Positions 48,205-57,676 of a stretch of 64,000 bases of DNA are shown in pieces (within the stretch, counting starts at the first letter, position 1; each line of letters starts with the position of its first letter). The notes under the pieces are model-generated. The model did not search any database and was not told the DNA's origin. It saw nothing but the letters and a program-made list of their open reading frames with translations. The stretch is from the NCBI GenBank assembly GCA_965248835.1, contig CBDFLJ010000002.1, forward strand, positions 1,504,001 to 1,568,000, written 5' to 3'. Source of the DNA: Alphaproteobacteria bacterium. Its GTDB lineage: Bacteria; Pseudomonadota; Alphaproteobacteria; MPNO01. Both the position numbers and the translations under genes were made by a program.

Positions 48205-48375
48205 ATGGACGCTGACTGCAGAAAGGCGGCGCTGCGGATGATTCCATACAGGCTTTACGTCCTCACCGCGACGGTGCCCGATGGCACGATTGCCGCTGCC
48301 CCGGTCGGGGGCCGATCGGACGATGGGGTTCTGCACATGCATGACCGCATCGAGAGGATCTTTTGCGGCGGGTGA
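48205..48375 (+). pseudogene. Flavin reductase remnant with large internal deletion
   Basis: N-terminus (KAALRMIPYRLYVLTA...IAAA) joined directly to a C-terminal-like GRSDD...IFCGG; only 56 aa; RBS GGGGAG. Confidence 0.65.
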
Positions 48376-48412
48376 GCCGAACGCGCGCTTCGATGCAAGG
48401 TGCTGCGCGCCG

Positions 48413-49285
48413 ATGATGACCGCGCCGTCGCCTTCCCTGCGGGCGGTGGCGTGGATGAGTCTGTCATCGGTCTCCTACGCCTTTACCTATGTCACGGTGC
48501 GCGAGCTGTCGGCCACCTTCTCGGTATTCGAGATCAGCTTCTTTCGCGCGCTCCTGGGAATGCTGGTCATGCTGCCGTGGCTGATGCGCGCCGGGACCGG
48601 CGCCCTGCGGACCAGGCGCTGGCGGCTCTACCTGTTCCGCGCGGTGGTCAGCTATTCCGGCATGCTGTGCTGGTTCTACGGGCTCGCCAACATGAACCTG
48701 GCCGATGCCACCGCGATCATGTTCACCGCGCCGCTGTTGTCATTGGTGTTTCTGTCGATGGCGATCAAGGAGCATGTCGGCATGGCGCGCTGGGCGGTCA
48801 TACTGTGCGGCTTCGCCGGCGCCCTGATCATCATCCGGCCGGGCGTTGTCGAACTGTCGCTGACCGCCGGTGCGCTCGGCTGGACGGCGATCGCCTACGG
48901 CGCCAGCAACGCCACGACCCGCATGCTGGCGCGCACCGAGGATGCAAACGCGATCGTGTTCCTCATGTTCGCGACCATGGTGCCGCTGTCGCTGGGACCG
49001 GCGGCGGCACACTGGATCACGCCCGCCTGGGCGGATTTGCCGACCATCCTGGCCTTCGGCGTCTTGAGCCTGATCTCGATGCAGACCATGACGCGATCGC
49101 TGGCGGCCGCCCCGGCCTCGGTCGGCATGCCGCTGTTCTATCTGCAGCTTCCCTTCGTCGCGGTGCTGGGCTTTGTCTTCTACGGCCAGACGTCGGATCT
49201 CTGGACCTGGATCGGCGGCGCCGTGATCTGTGCCAGCGGCTATTGCGTGATCCTGATCGAAGCACGCAGCAGGGCCGCCGGTTGA
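48413..49285 (+). CDS. EamA/DMT family transporter
   Basis: ISFFR, ATAIMFTAP, EHVG..RW, IIIRPG; about 10 TM segments. Confidence 0.9.
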   Translation: MMTAPSPSLRAVAWMSLSSVSYAFTYVTVRELSATFSVFEISFFRALLGMLVMLPWLMRAGTGALRTRRWRLYLFRAVVSYSGMLCWFYGLANMNLADATAIMFTAPLLSLVFLSMAIKEHVGMARWAVILCGFAGALIIIRPGVVELSLTAGALGWTAIAYGASNATTRMLARTEDANAIVFLMFATMVPLSLGPAAAHWITPAWADLPTILAFGVLSLISMQTMTRSLAAAPASVGMPLFYLQLPFVAVLGFVFYGQTSDLWTWIGGAVICASGYCVILIEARSRAAG

Positions 49286-49296
49286 GATGCCGGCCG

Positions 49297-49995
49297 TTAC
49301 TTGACCCGCCGCACCGCTTCGTAGATTTCGTCGTAGAGGTTGAAGGCGATCCCCATGTGCCGGTCGACGGTCTTGAGGACCCGCGCGCGATCCTCATCGG
49401 TCGGCGCGAACTGTTCCAGGAGCTCTCGGCCGACATTGGAATGGTCGGTGTCGGCCGTGTCGTGGACGATCCAGAACGCGACCGCCTGGTCATCGAGCCC
49501 GTGGTTCTCCTGGAAGCCGGCGGCGATCTTGGAGAAGGTGCCCGGCCCCATCGCCTCGCCGCCCAGCATGTGCGCGGAAACGCCTTCGAGGAATGACCGT
49601 CCGCAGATCTCGCTGTAGTAGGCGCGGAAGGTCGTCGCCGCAGGGATATAGCCCGGGTCCCACATATGCTCTTCGCCGAGACCCAGCCCCTTGCCGAAAT
49701 TGACGTAAAGCTGCCAGTGCGGCACCCCGTCGGCATAGAGCCGCCCAGTCCCCTCCTCGTAGCACACCTCGGCAATCCGCGAGCGCCAGCGCGGGTCGGG
49801 GCAACTCACATAGAGCCGGCCATGATAGTTATGATTGTGCAGCGGGATGATGCCGTACTGCCGGGCGAACTCCCGAAGCTGCTCGAGGCTCAACGCCCCC
49901 TCGATCAGCGCCGCCCACATGCGCTCCTTGTAGAGCGGGCGCCGGGCATGCCAATCGGCTATCTGCCCCAATACGTCTTCGACGCTGATGGCCAT
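49297..49995 (-). CDS. Heme-oxygenase-like diiron enzyme (PqqC/CADD/TenA fold)
   Basis: GALSLEQLREFARQY, EE.......H (YEEGTG...PHW), GGE, FWIVHDTADTDH. Confidence 0.8.
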   Translation of the reverse strand: MAISVEDVLGQIADWHARRPLYKERMWAALIEGALSLEQLREFARQYGIIPLHNHNYHGRLYVSCPDPRWRSRIAEVCYEEGTGRLYADGVPHWQLYVNFGKGLGLGEEHMWDPGYIPAATTFRAYYSEICGRSFLEGVSAHMLGGEAMGPGTFSKIAAGFQENHGLDDQAVAFWIVHDTADTDHSNVGRELLEQFAPTDEDRARVLKTVDRHMGIAFNLYDEIYEAVRRVK

Positions 49996-50013
49996 CCCGG
50001 GTTCCTTCCTTGC

Positions 50014-51147
50014 CTAGCCGCGTTTTTCGCGCAGGCCCATACGCTCGAGGCGGGGCAGCACCTCGTCTCTGAAATAGGGCAGCTCGTCGGAATAGTTGAC
50101 GAACGAGATGCCGATGCCGCGCAGGCCCGTGCGGCTGAACTTGGCGAGTTCGGCGGCGACGTGGTCCGGGTCGCCAACGATCGGGATGCCGCCCAGCCCG
50201 TGGGCGACGTGACGCCGCATACCCTCATACGCCTCGGTTGTGTGGTCCGCCGGATCGACGCCGCGCATCGCCAGGATATTGTCGACCGCACCCCAGTCGG
50301 CCGTCTCGATGATGCAATAGCGATGATACGCCTCGGCCTCGGCCATGCTCGGCCGGCAGGTCACCACCCCCACCGAGTAGACGTCGATCTCCCGGCCGTG
50401 CCGGGCGCCGCGCGCCTTGGCGTCGCGGATCTCTTCGGCGAACTCCTCGATCGAGGACGCGCCGCGCGGGGTGGAGAACAGCGCATCGCAGTTGCGCACG
50501 GCAAACTCCCGGCCCGTGGGCGAGGCGCCGGCGTTCATGATCAGCGGCCGCGTGCCGCCAAAGGGCTTGGGCGCCGAGTGCACGTCCTCGAGCTTGAGAT
50601 AGCGCCCGCGATAGTCGAACGCCTCCTCGCGTTGCCACATCATCTGGATGACGTCGATCCACTCCTGACCGTACTCGTAGCGCGCCTCGTGGTCGCGCTG
50701 GGCGACGCCGAACATCCGAAACTCGCCCTCGTTCCAGCCGCAGACGAGGTTGAGCCCGAACCGGCCCTCGCCGATATGATCGGCGGTCACGAATTCCTTG
50801 GCCGCGATGATCGGATGCAGCAGCGGCGCGTGGACGGTGGCGAATACGGTCATGCGCTTGGTCTTGGCCAGGATCCCGGTGGCCCAGGTCACCGATTCCA
50901 AGGTCGCGCCCTGGTAGTCGGTCTGCCCGCCATAGCCCTTCCACCGCCCGACCGGCAGCATGAAATCGAACCCGGCCTCATCGGCCATCCGGGCAAGAGC
51001 GAGGTTGTCCGCCCAGCTCCCCGACCAGCGCTCCTCCGCCTTGGTCACGGCGCGCCCGGAGGAACAGTTGGCGCCAAAAAGGCCGAGCTTGAACGCGTTC
51101 CGATTGTGCATCGCAAGCCGTTCGCGCATGGCCGCGTCATATTGCAT
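50014..51147 (-). CDS. LLM-class (luciferase-like) flavin-dependent monooxygenase
   Basis: FKLGLF, ADEAGFDF, RWKGYGG, FATVH, GRFGLNLVCGW, NAGAS. Confidence 0.9.
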   Translation of the reverse strand: MQYDAAMRERLAMHNRNAFKLGLFGANCSSGRAVTKAEERWSGSWADNLALARMADEAGFDFMLPVGRWKGYGGQTDYQGATLESVTWATGILAKTKRMTVFATVHAPLLHPIIAAKEFVTADHIGEGRFGLNLVCGWNEGEFRMFGVAQRDHEARYEYGQEWIDVIQMMWQREEAFDYRGRYLKLEDVHSAPKPFGGTRPLIMNAGASPTGREFAVRNCDALFSTPRGASSIEEFAEEIRDAKARGARHGREIDVYSVGVVTCRPSMAEAEAYHRYCIIETADWGAVDNILAMRGVDPADHTTEAYEGMRRHVAHGLGGIPIVGDPDHVAAELAKFSRTGLRGIGISFVNYSDELPYFRDEVLPRLERMGLREKRG

Positions 51148-51260
51148 CGGACGGTCTCCTTCCGGTGGCCCAGTCTAAAGCATGTTCCAGTTCGATCGAG
51201 TCGGTCGCGGCGGGTTCACCCGGTGTGTGCTGGTGGACGTATCGGCCAGGCGCTGTCCGG

Positions 51261-51316
51261 TTGACGCAAAACGATCACGTCCATATCAAGACCACACAAA
51301 TCGGAATCGTTTGCGT
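51261..51316 (+). promoter_or_regulatory. Putative sigma70 promoter flanked by an inverted repeat
   Basis: TTGACG-N17-TATCAA; ACGCAAAACGAT (51264) and ATCGTTTGCGT (51306). Confidence 0.45.
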
Positions 51317-51331
51317 TTTGAGGAGACGTCC

Positions 51332-52381
51332 ATGAAACGGCTGTTCGCACTCGGTCTGGCAACGTGCTTTGCGGCCTCCGCCCAGGCGCAGATGCCGACA
51401 CTCACGATGGAATCGGGCTCGGTCGGCGGTGCGACGGACACCTCGGCGAAACATCTCGCCGAAATCGCGGCGCAAAGGAAGATCGCGACCATCCAGGCGC
51501 AGAATGGAAAGGTGCTGGTCAAATCGATCCAGCAGGTAGCAGAGGGCAAAACCGATATCGCCGCAAGCCCGTTCGTCCTGCAGTTCCTGATGGCAAAGGG
51601 GCTCGGTCCCTACGCGGGACTGGGAAGAAAAAGAGGCAAGGAACTTTCGAACAATCTCCGCCTCCTCTATCCCTATCATCTCGCCCACTACTATCTGGTC
51701 GCCTATGAAGGTTCGGGCATCGACAGTTGGGACAAGCTCAAAGGAAAGACCGTCTTCAACGGGCCGCCGCGCGGGGGCGCCCTAACCACGGCACGCGCGA
51801 TCATCCGGCTGGCCGCCGGTCTGAACGAGGGCAAGGGATATATCGGCAAACAGATCGCCTGGGGCCAGGCCGATGCGATCTTCCTCGACGGTGCCGTCCA
51901 GGCCTCGGTCCGGCCCGGCACCAATCCCGCACCCTACATGCCGATCTATATGGCGGCCGGCAGAATCAACCTGGTCTCGATCCCGAAAGCCAAGATGAAA
52001 AGCAAGGCTTTCCAGAAATATATCCGGTCGCCTGGCATTGTAGGCCACGTATTTCCCAAGCGGGACTTGGCTCACTACGGGGACGGCGTCAACGTAATCT
52101 CGGAAGATGACATGTTCCGTTCGGTGTCCAACACTGGCGGCGATGTCGTAAGCCGGCGCATGGACAAGTCCCTTGCCAAGGCACTGACCGCAGCGTTCAT
52201 CGAGACCCTGCCCGATCTGTTCAGAAAGGCGCCGTTCGCCAAAGGTCAGTTGTTCGGCGAGATCGACGACAAGACCATGGGCATGTGCAACGCGGGTGTG
52301 AAATTCCATCCCGGCGCCGTCGAAGCCTGGGAAGAGGCCGGCCGCAAGATTCCGGCGTGCGCCAAGCCCTCCGGTTCCTGA
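51332..52381 (+). CDS. TAXI family TRAP substrate-binding protein
   Basis: Signal peptide; GIDSWDKLKGK..GPPRG, FHPGA; RBS GAGGAG. Confidence 0.8.
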   Translation: MKRLFALGLATCFAASAQAQMPTLTMESGSVGGATDTSAKHLAEIAAQRKIATIQAQNGKVLVKSIQQVAEGKTDIAASPFVLQFLMAKGLGPYAGLGRKRGKELSNNLRLLYPYHLAHYYLVAYEGSGIDSWDKLKGKTVFNGPPRGGALTTARAIIRLAAGLNEGKGYIGKQIAWGQADAIFLDGAVQASVRPGTNPAPYMPIYMAAGRINLVSIPKAKMKSKAFQKYIRSPGIVGHVFPKRDLAHYGDGVNVISEDDMFRSVSNTGGDVVSRRMDKSLAKALTAAFIETLPDLFRKAPFAKGQLFGEIDDKTMGMCNAGVKFHPGAVEAWEEAGRKIPACAKPSGS

Positions 52382-52412
52382 ACGCCTGGAGCAGGTCGTC
52401 TGATCCACGCTG

Positions 52413-52449
52413 GACGAGGCCGGGCGGGTTTTGCGTCCCGGCCTTCGTC
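52413..52449. terminator. Hairpin between convergent genes
   Basis: GACGAGGCCGGG ... CCCGGCCTTCGTC. Confidence 0.45.
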
Positions 52450-52493
52450 TTGCCGGATCGGCTCTCCGCGACGCGGCGGGGATAGGGAGAGCT

Positions 52494-54083
52494 TCAGATC
52501 TCCGTCTCGTCCTCGATCCGGCGGCGCAGTTCAGGCTTGGAGATCTTCGCGGCGCCGCCGGTCCGCGGCATGTCGGCAATGATGCGGACCTGTCTCGGCA
52601 CCTTGAAATCCGAAAGCGCGGCTGCGCAGCGCTCCTGAATGGCTGATGTCAACGAAGCGGTCTCGTGCGCGCCGGTCGACACGACGAAGGCCACGGGGAC
52701 TTGACCGCGCATTGGGTCGGCTTTCCCAACCACCGCGACCTCGCGCACGCCGTCGACCTGCAGGATGACCCTCTCGAGCTCGGCCGAACTCACGTTCTCA
52801 CCGCCAACCTTGAGCATGTCCTTGGCGCGATCGGAAAAGCTCAACAAACCGTCCTCGTGCAAGGTCACGAGGTCGCCGGTAATGAAATACCCGTGCTCGT
52901 CGAAGGACTCCGCGGTCGCCTTGGGATCGTCCAGATATTCCTTGAACAGGGACAGACCCGGTGTCCCGCGAATGCGAAGCGCGCCCGTCTCACCCGGTTC
53001 GACCGGACGACCGTCGTCCCGCAGAACCGCCAGACCGTATTCCGGGGCCGGGCGGCCGATGGCGCCGTCGCGCTTGGGTAGACCCGGATCCCCGACGATT
53101 CCGTGGGTGATGATCTCGGTCATCCCCCACCAGCCGAGAAGGGCAACGCCGAAATGCTCTTCCACCGCCGCGTTGAGAACCGCATGCCCCCAGTTGCGGA
53201 ACCAATGCCGCTCGGGCACCGCTTCGCGCATGAGCGCCTTGGTGCAGAACGGCACCAGCGCGGCCCATGTGCAGCGATGCCGTACGGCCGCGGGCCAGAA
53301 TTCTCCGGCCGAAAAACGCGGTTGCAAGACGATCTCGGCACCCGCCCACAGGCTGGCCATCGCTGCGTAGATGCCGGAGATGACATGAAACAGGGGAAGC
53401 GTGACAAGGTGGCGGTCGGTCTCGACCAGACGTTCGTGATTGGCCGAGACCTGCGCGCCCCAAAGCACATTGTCATGGGTCCAGACGACCCCCTTGGGCC
53501 TTGCCGTGCTCCCGGACGTGTAGTGGATCGCGGCCGGACGGGTTCCGTCTCCGATCGGCGCGGGGGCCTTGGACGCATCGGCATAAAGCGCCGCAAACCG
53601 CGTTTCACCGGTCGGCCGGTCGGCATCGAGCGGTTCCGAACCGGCATCGTGGTCGATCACGGCGAGCCATTTGATCCCGGGGCAGGCCGCTTGGACCGGC
53701 GCCGAGAGGTTCGGTTGCGTGATCGCTGCTGTCACGGCGGAGTGCGCCGCGAAATAGGCCAACTCCTCGGCACTTGCGCGCGCATTGGTGGCCACCGCGA
53801 CCGCGCCGGTGCGGGCCAGCGCGTGCCATGCGAGAAGGTATTCCGGCGCGTTCTCCAGATGGATCAACACCCGCTCGCCCGGCTCGATGCCGCGCCGGAT
53901 GAGGCCGCCGGAAATCCGAGCGACCTCCTCGGCGAAGGATGCGTAGGTCCATGACTTTGGCTGCCGACCGAAGGGGGCCCAGGTCAGGAAGGTTCGCTTG
54001 CCGTGCGTCTGCGCCCGGCGCAGCAGCAGGCTTGCCATGTCGAGGCCCGTGTACGGGCTCAGAGTTGCTTTGCCGCCTGCCAC
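52494..54083 (-). CDS. Acyl-CoA ligase (CaiC-like)
   Basis: YTSGSTARPKG, WGMTE, ITGD, DRAKDMLKVGGEN; GTG after GGGAGG. Confidence 0.9.
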   Translation of the reverse strand: MAGGKATLSPYTGLDMASLLLRRAQTHGKRTFLTWAPFGRQPKSWTYASFAEEVARISGGLIRRGIEPGERVLIHLENAPEYLLAWHALARTGAVAVATNARASAEELAYFAAHSAVTAAITQPNLSAPVQAACPGIKWLAVIDHDAGSEPLDADRPTGETRFAALYADASKAPAPIGDGTRPAAIHYTSGSTARPKGVVWTHDNVLWGAQVSANHERLVETDRHLVTLPLFHVISGIYAAMASLWAGAEIVLQPRFSAGEFWPAAVRHRCTWAALVPFCTKALMREAVPERHWFRNWGHAVLNAAVEEHFGVALLGWWGMTEIITHGIVGDPGLPKRDGAIGRPAPEYGLAVLRDDGRPVEPGETGALRIRGTPGLSLFKEYLDDPKATAESFDEHGYFITGDLVTLHEDGLLSFSDRAKDMLKVGGENVSSAELERVILQVDGVREVAVVGKADPMRGQVPVAFVVSTGAHETASLTSAIQERCAAALSDFKVPRQVRIIADMPRTGGAAKISKPELRRRIEDETEI

Positions 54084-54097
54084 CGTATGACCTCCCG

Positions 54098-54577
54098 TCA
54101 GCAAGCCACAGGCGATTGCCGTGTGCGAAAGTAGGACTTGCCGCGTTTTCTCATGACGGTCTCCCCTTTCTGATTCTGGACGCTTGCGAGGACGCGCACC
54201 AGCCCGCGGTCGGGGCGCGAGCGCGAGCGACGGCACTCGATGACCTCGACATGAAGCGAAAGGCGGTCGTTCGGCCGAACGGGACGCAGGAACTCCAACC
54301 CATCGACTCCGGGGGAGGAGATCACGGCGGCGCGTTTGATATAGCATTCGTACTGCATGCGCTGCATGAGGGCGGCCACCTGCCAACCGCTTGCGATCAG
54401 TCCACCGAACTGGCTTTTTGCAGCGGCAACGGGATCGGTGTGAACGGCGACCGGATCGAAGCGTTTGCCGAATTCGATGATGCTCTTCTCGCTGACGCTC
54501 AGGCCTCCCCATTCGAAGACCTTGCCGACCGTGAAGTCTTCGAAATAAAGGGTGTCGGCTTGATCGGGAGAACCCAT
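54098..54577 (-). CDS. MaoC family dehydratase
   Basis: YFEDF, FDPVAVHTD, FGGLIASGW, FLRPVRP. Confidence 0.88.
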   Translation of the reverse strand: MGSPDQADTLYFEDFTVGKVFEWGGLSVSEKSIIEFGKRFDPVAVHTDPVAAAKSQFGGLIASGWQVAALMQRMQYECYIKRAAVISSPGVDGLEFLRPVRPNDRLSLHVEVIECRRSRSRPDRGLVRVLASVQNQKGETVMRKRGKSYFRTRQSPVAC

Positions 54578-54619
54578 CGATCCGTATTCTTTCGGGCGGA
54601 CCCTGCATCGAAGCCCGGG

Positions 54620-57028
54620 CTAATCACCTCTGGTGCGGTGCGCGGGATCGTCCGGCAAAAAACCGGCTTTGCGGAACAGCCCGAGATGGTGAAACGCGAG
54701 ATACAGCGCCGCGACCGCCAGGGCCGTCACCGCCACCGCGGGACTCTTGAGCAGCACCAAGACCGCCAGAACAAGCCGCAACGACACGGCGAAGCCGGAA
54801 AGGCGTGCCGCATCGTAGCGGCTCAACGCGCTGGCCACCAGATAAAGGGCGACGACCAGCCGAAACAGCAGCCAAGCGAGGCCGGTCAGATCGATCGTGC
54901 CGTCATAGCCCGGCAAATAGGCCCTTTGAGCGCTCACGCCTCCATCCAGCGATTGGGCGATCTGGGCCTGCTCGATCAGCAGCAGTTCGGGATAGAACGC
55001 GAACACGAAAGGAATCATGAACATCACGATCCCGACCCGTACGGCCGCGAACCCGGTCGACAGGGGCTCGGCCTTGGAGATGGTCGAAGCCGCGAACGCG
55101 GCGATCGCAACGGGCGGGGTAATCGCCGATGCGACGGCAAAATAGAAGATGAACATATGCGCGGTGAACAGCGAGGTCCCGAGCGCGACCAGAAGCGGCC
55201 CGATGATCAAGATGACGTTCACATAGGCAGGCAGGGTCGGCATCCCCATTCCGAGGAGGATGGTTGCAAGCATGGCAACAAACAGCGCGAGCATCAGGTA
55301 AACGGAGCCGCCGATTATGATCTCCTGGCCGAACAGGATGATGGTCGATATCGACTTGAGCCAGTTGAGGATGTCGATCGTCATGATGCCGGTAATATTG
55401 GTGAAACTGACACATACATCGATGACCGAGACGGCAACGAGCAGCAGGAACAGTTCGGCGATCACCAGACCCGCCCCGGAAAGAGCCTTGATCACCCTTG
55501 TCGGAGCCCGCCGGATCTCCGGATCGAGGAACAGCAGGACAACCAGTACAGCGACCGCCCAGAAGCCGGCGGAATCCGGATCGCCGGCCGCGTTCCTGAT
55601 GACTTGAAGGAGCCAGGGCAACGGCTCTCCGGACGACGGGTCGTATCCCGAAAGAAATCCCAGCAGTCCCGTGCCGATGGCGTCTTTCTTGCTCAGCAGG
55701 AGACCGAGAATGACCATGATCGGTCCCGCAATCATCAACAGGTTGATCCAGTCCCGCCGGGACAACTTCTGGTCTCGGGAAAGCGCGCCCACAGCCGCCA
55801 TCTTTTTGCGCCGCGCTTCGAAAACGACGGTCAGAAAAAGGCTGAAGAAGTAGGCAAGAGCGGGTAGGAACGCCGCGATGATCACCTGCGAATACGGCAC
55901 CGTCGACAAGGCGGCTAGCACGAATGCCGCAATCCCCATGACCGGGGGCATGATCTGTCCGCCACTCGAGGCGGCAGCCTCGACTCCGCCGGCGAATGTC
56001 GGCGTAAAGCCGGTTCGCATCATCATGGGGATCGTCAGGGTCCCGGTTCCAAGCACGTTCACCACCGGTCCGCCGGAAACCGTGCCGAACGTCGCCGAGC
56101 CGACGATGGCGGCATGGGCGGGACCGCCGCGCAAACCCCGTGTGATCACGATCGCCAGCTTGATCAGGGATCGCCCGCCGGCCGAGGCGCCGAACAAGGC
56201 CCCCAGGACGACATAGGGGAAGACGATGTTCACGGTGACGCTCAGGAACCGCCCAAGGATGCTGTTCGATTCCTGAATGATCGCGTTGCGCGCGGCGATC
56301 ACGCCTGCCGAATAATTCCGTATGCCCTCGAATTCCGTCCCGATCGATGTCGTCAGGTACCGGTTACCGCTCCAATCGAAGTACCAGGCCGCCGATGACA
56401 GCACGGTATAGAGCGCGATGACGAGCGCGACCGCGATAATCGGAAAACCCCAGGCCTTGATGATGTAGATGAAGAAAATCGCCAGCGCGATCAGGAGGAA
56501 CGGCAGGATCCAGTTGGCGAGATTTGTCTGACAATCGGGGAATTCCTCGACCGGGTCGATGCCGAAGATCGCCCTGTACTCGTCCGCGCGCGCCGCCGTC
56601 TCGGCCATCAGCCGGGCCCTTTCACCGTCCAGCGTGTCGATCAGGCAAACCTGCTCGTGCTCGATCAGATAGACGACCGCCATGCTGAGGACCGCGGCGA
56701 GCATCAACACATCCAAGGTGATGCCGAGCCAAAGCCGGATGGGGGACCGGGCGGCCCAATCGCGGCCGAAGGAGGTCACCAGCAGCGCGATCACCATCAT
56801 CAGCACGAACATCAGTGGAAAGAAATATTCCGAACTGTATTTGCTGATGCGCGGAATGCCGCCCAGTCCTGGAACCAATTGAACGAGCTCGAGGAAGCCG
56901 GGGATATTGGGCAGGTTGTTCGCCATGCCGAGCATCACCAGGATGAAGGCAAGCCCCAGCGCGAAGCGGCCCGTCCAATGGTCGCTCGGCTCGACTTGGA
57001 CCTCTGAAATGGAGGCCGCTTCCTGCAT
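54620..57028 (-). CDS. TRAP transporter 4TM/12TM fused permease
   Basis: RGGPAH, FAGGVEAAASSGGQIMPPVMG, GMGMPT, AHMFIFYF, ITPPV. Confidence 0.92.
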   Translation of the reverse strand: MQEAASISEVQVEPSDHWTGRFALGLAFILVMLGMANNLPNIPGFLELVQLVPGLGGIPRISKYSSEYFFPLMFVLMMVIALLVTSFGRDWAARSPIRLWLGITLDVLMLAAVLSMAVVYLIEHEQVCLIDTLDGERARLMAETAARADEYRAIFGIDPVEEFPDCQTNLANWILPFLLIALAIFFIYIIKAWGFPIIAVALVIALYTVLSSAAWYFDWSGNRYLTTSIGTEFEGIRNYSAGVIAARNAIIQESNSILGRFLSVTVNIVFPYVVLGALFGASAGGRSLIKLAIVITRGLRGGPAHAAIVGSATFGTVSGGPVVNVLGTGTLTIPMMMRTGFTPTFAGGVEAAASSGGQIMPPVMGIAAFVLAALSTVPYSQVIIAAFLPALAYFFSLFLTVVFEARRKKMAAVGALSRDQKLSRRDWINLLMIAGPIMVILGLLLSKKDAIGTGLLGFLSGYDPSSGEPLPWLLQVIRNAAGDPDSAGFWAVAVLVVLLFLDPEIRRAPTRVIKALSGAGLVIAELFLLLVAVSVIDVCVSFTNITGIMTIDILNWLKSISTIILFGQEIIIGGSVYLMLALFVAMLATILLGMGMPTLPAYVNVILIIGPLLVALGTSLFTAHMFIFYFAVASAITPPVAIAAFAASTISKAEPLSTGFAAVRVGIVMFMIPFVFAFYPELLLIEQAQIAQSLDGGVSAQRAYLPGYDGTIDLTGLAWLLFRLVVALYLVASALSRYDAARLSGFAVSLRLVLAVLVLLKSPAVAVTALAVAALYLAFHHLGLFRKAGFLPDDPAHRTRGD

Positions 57029-57033
57029 TTGTT

Positions 57034-57630
57034 TCAATAATCGCGGACGACGAAACGGATATCCGTCAGGCGCTCGCCGTTGATCGGTACGAGGTCCATC
57101 GGACAAGCAGAGCCGACCGCGATCACATCCATAACGGCCCGCAACACCACCTTGTCGCCCGCCTTGGCCAGCGACGGCTCGCCGTATGCGATGCTTCCGT
57201 CCGGCATGACCGGTGTGTTCTGGAAGAGGTTGATCGGATCGGGCAGGCATTCATAGGGAAGGTTCTTGTCGGCCATGACCTCGGCAAGGTTGGTGCGGCA
57301 GCTACGATGCTCGGCGACGCCGAACCCCCGCAGGTAGCGCATCGGATCGCAGGGCGGAAATATGATGTCGTGTCTGCCGACGCTGTCCTCGAGGATTTCG
57401 AAGATCGGGTTGTAGAGACGCGTCACCAGAACATCGCCGACCTTGAGCGCGACCGAGCGCAGCGCTGCCCGGCAATGTGCCGGCGACAGGTGGTCGCTGA
57501 GGTCTTCGGCGTTGAAGGCGAAGAAGTCGCAGATCTGCTCTCCTTCGACGTTGACGATCTCCAGAATCTGGTCCTTGGCGACCGCGATGCGCCCGCCATG
57601 GCCGCCTTTGATCAGGACTTCATTCGTCAA
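57034..57630 (-). CDS. DUF1989 (urea carboxylase-associated) family protein
   Basis: GEQICDF, GRHD....CD, SCRTNL, INLFQN, SACP; TTG after GGAGGAGG. Confidence 0.85.
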   Translation of the reverse strand: MTNEVLIKGGHGGRIAVAKDQILEIVNVEGEQICDFFAFNAEDLSDHLSPAHCRAALRSVALKVGDVLVTRLYNPIFEILEDSVGRHDIIFPPCDPMRYLRGFGVAEHRSCRTNLAEVMADKNLPYECLPDPINLFQNTPVMPDGSIAYGEPSLAKAGDKVVLRAVMDVIAVGSACPMDLVPINGERLTDIRFVVRDY

Positions 57631-57676
57631 GGTCTTCCCCTCCTCCGCGCCGCGTTCGACGCCCGTCGGTCGCGCT

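Noticed and set aside
49666-51264. 532-aa plus-strand ORF
   Set aside because: Shadow of the LLM and HDO genes
53939-55867. 642-aa plus-strand ORF
   Set aside because: Antisense to MaoC and the TRAP permease; no recognisable domain
57631-57676. Possible guanidine-II riboswitch before DUF1989 (ACGG in a weak hairpin)
   Set aside because: Only one weak hairpin; the twin ACGR-loop architecture is absent
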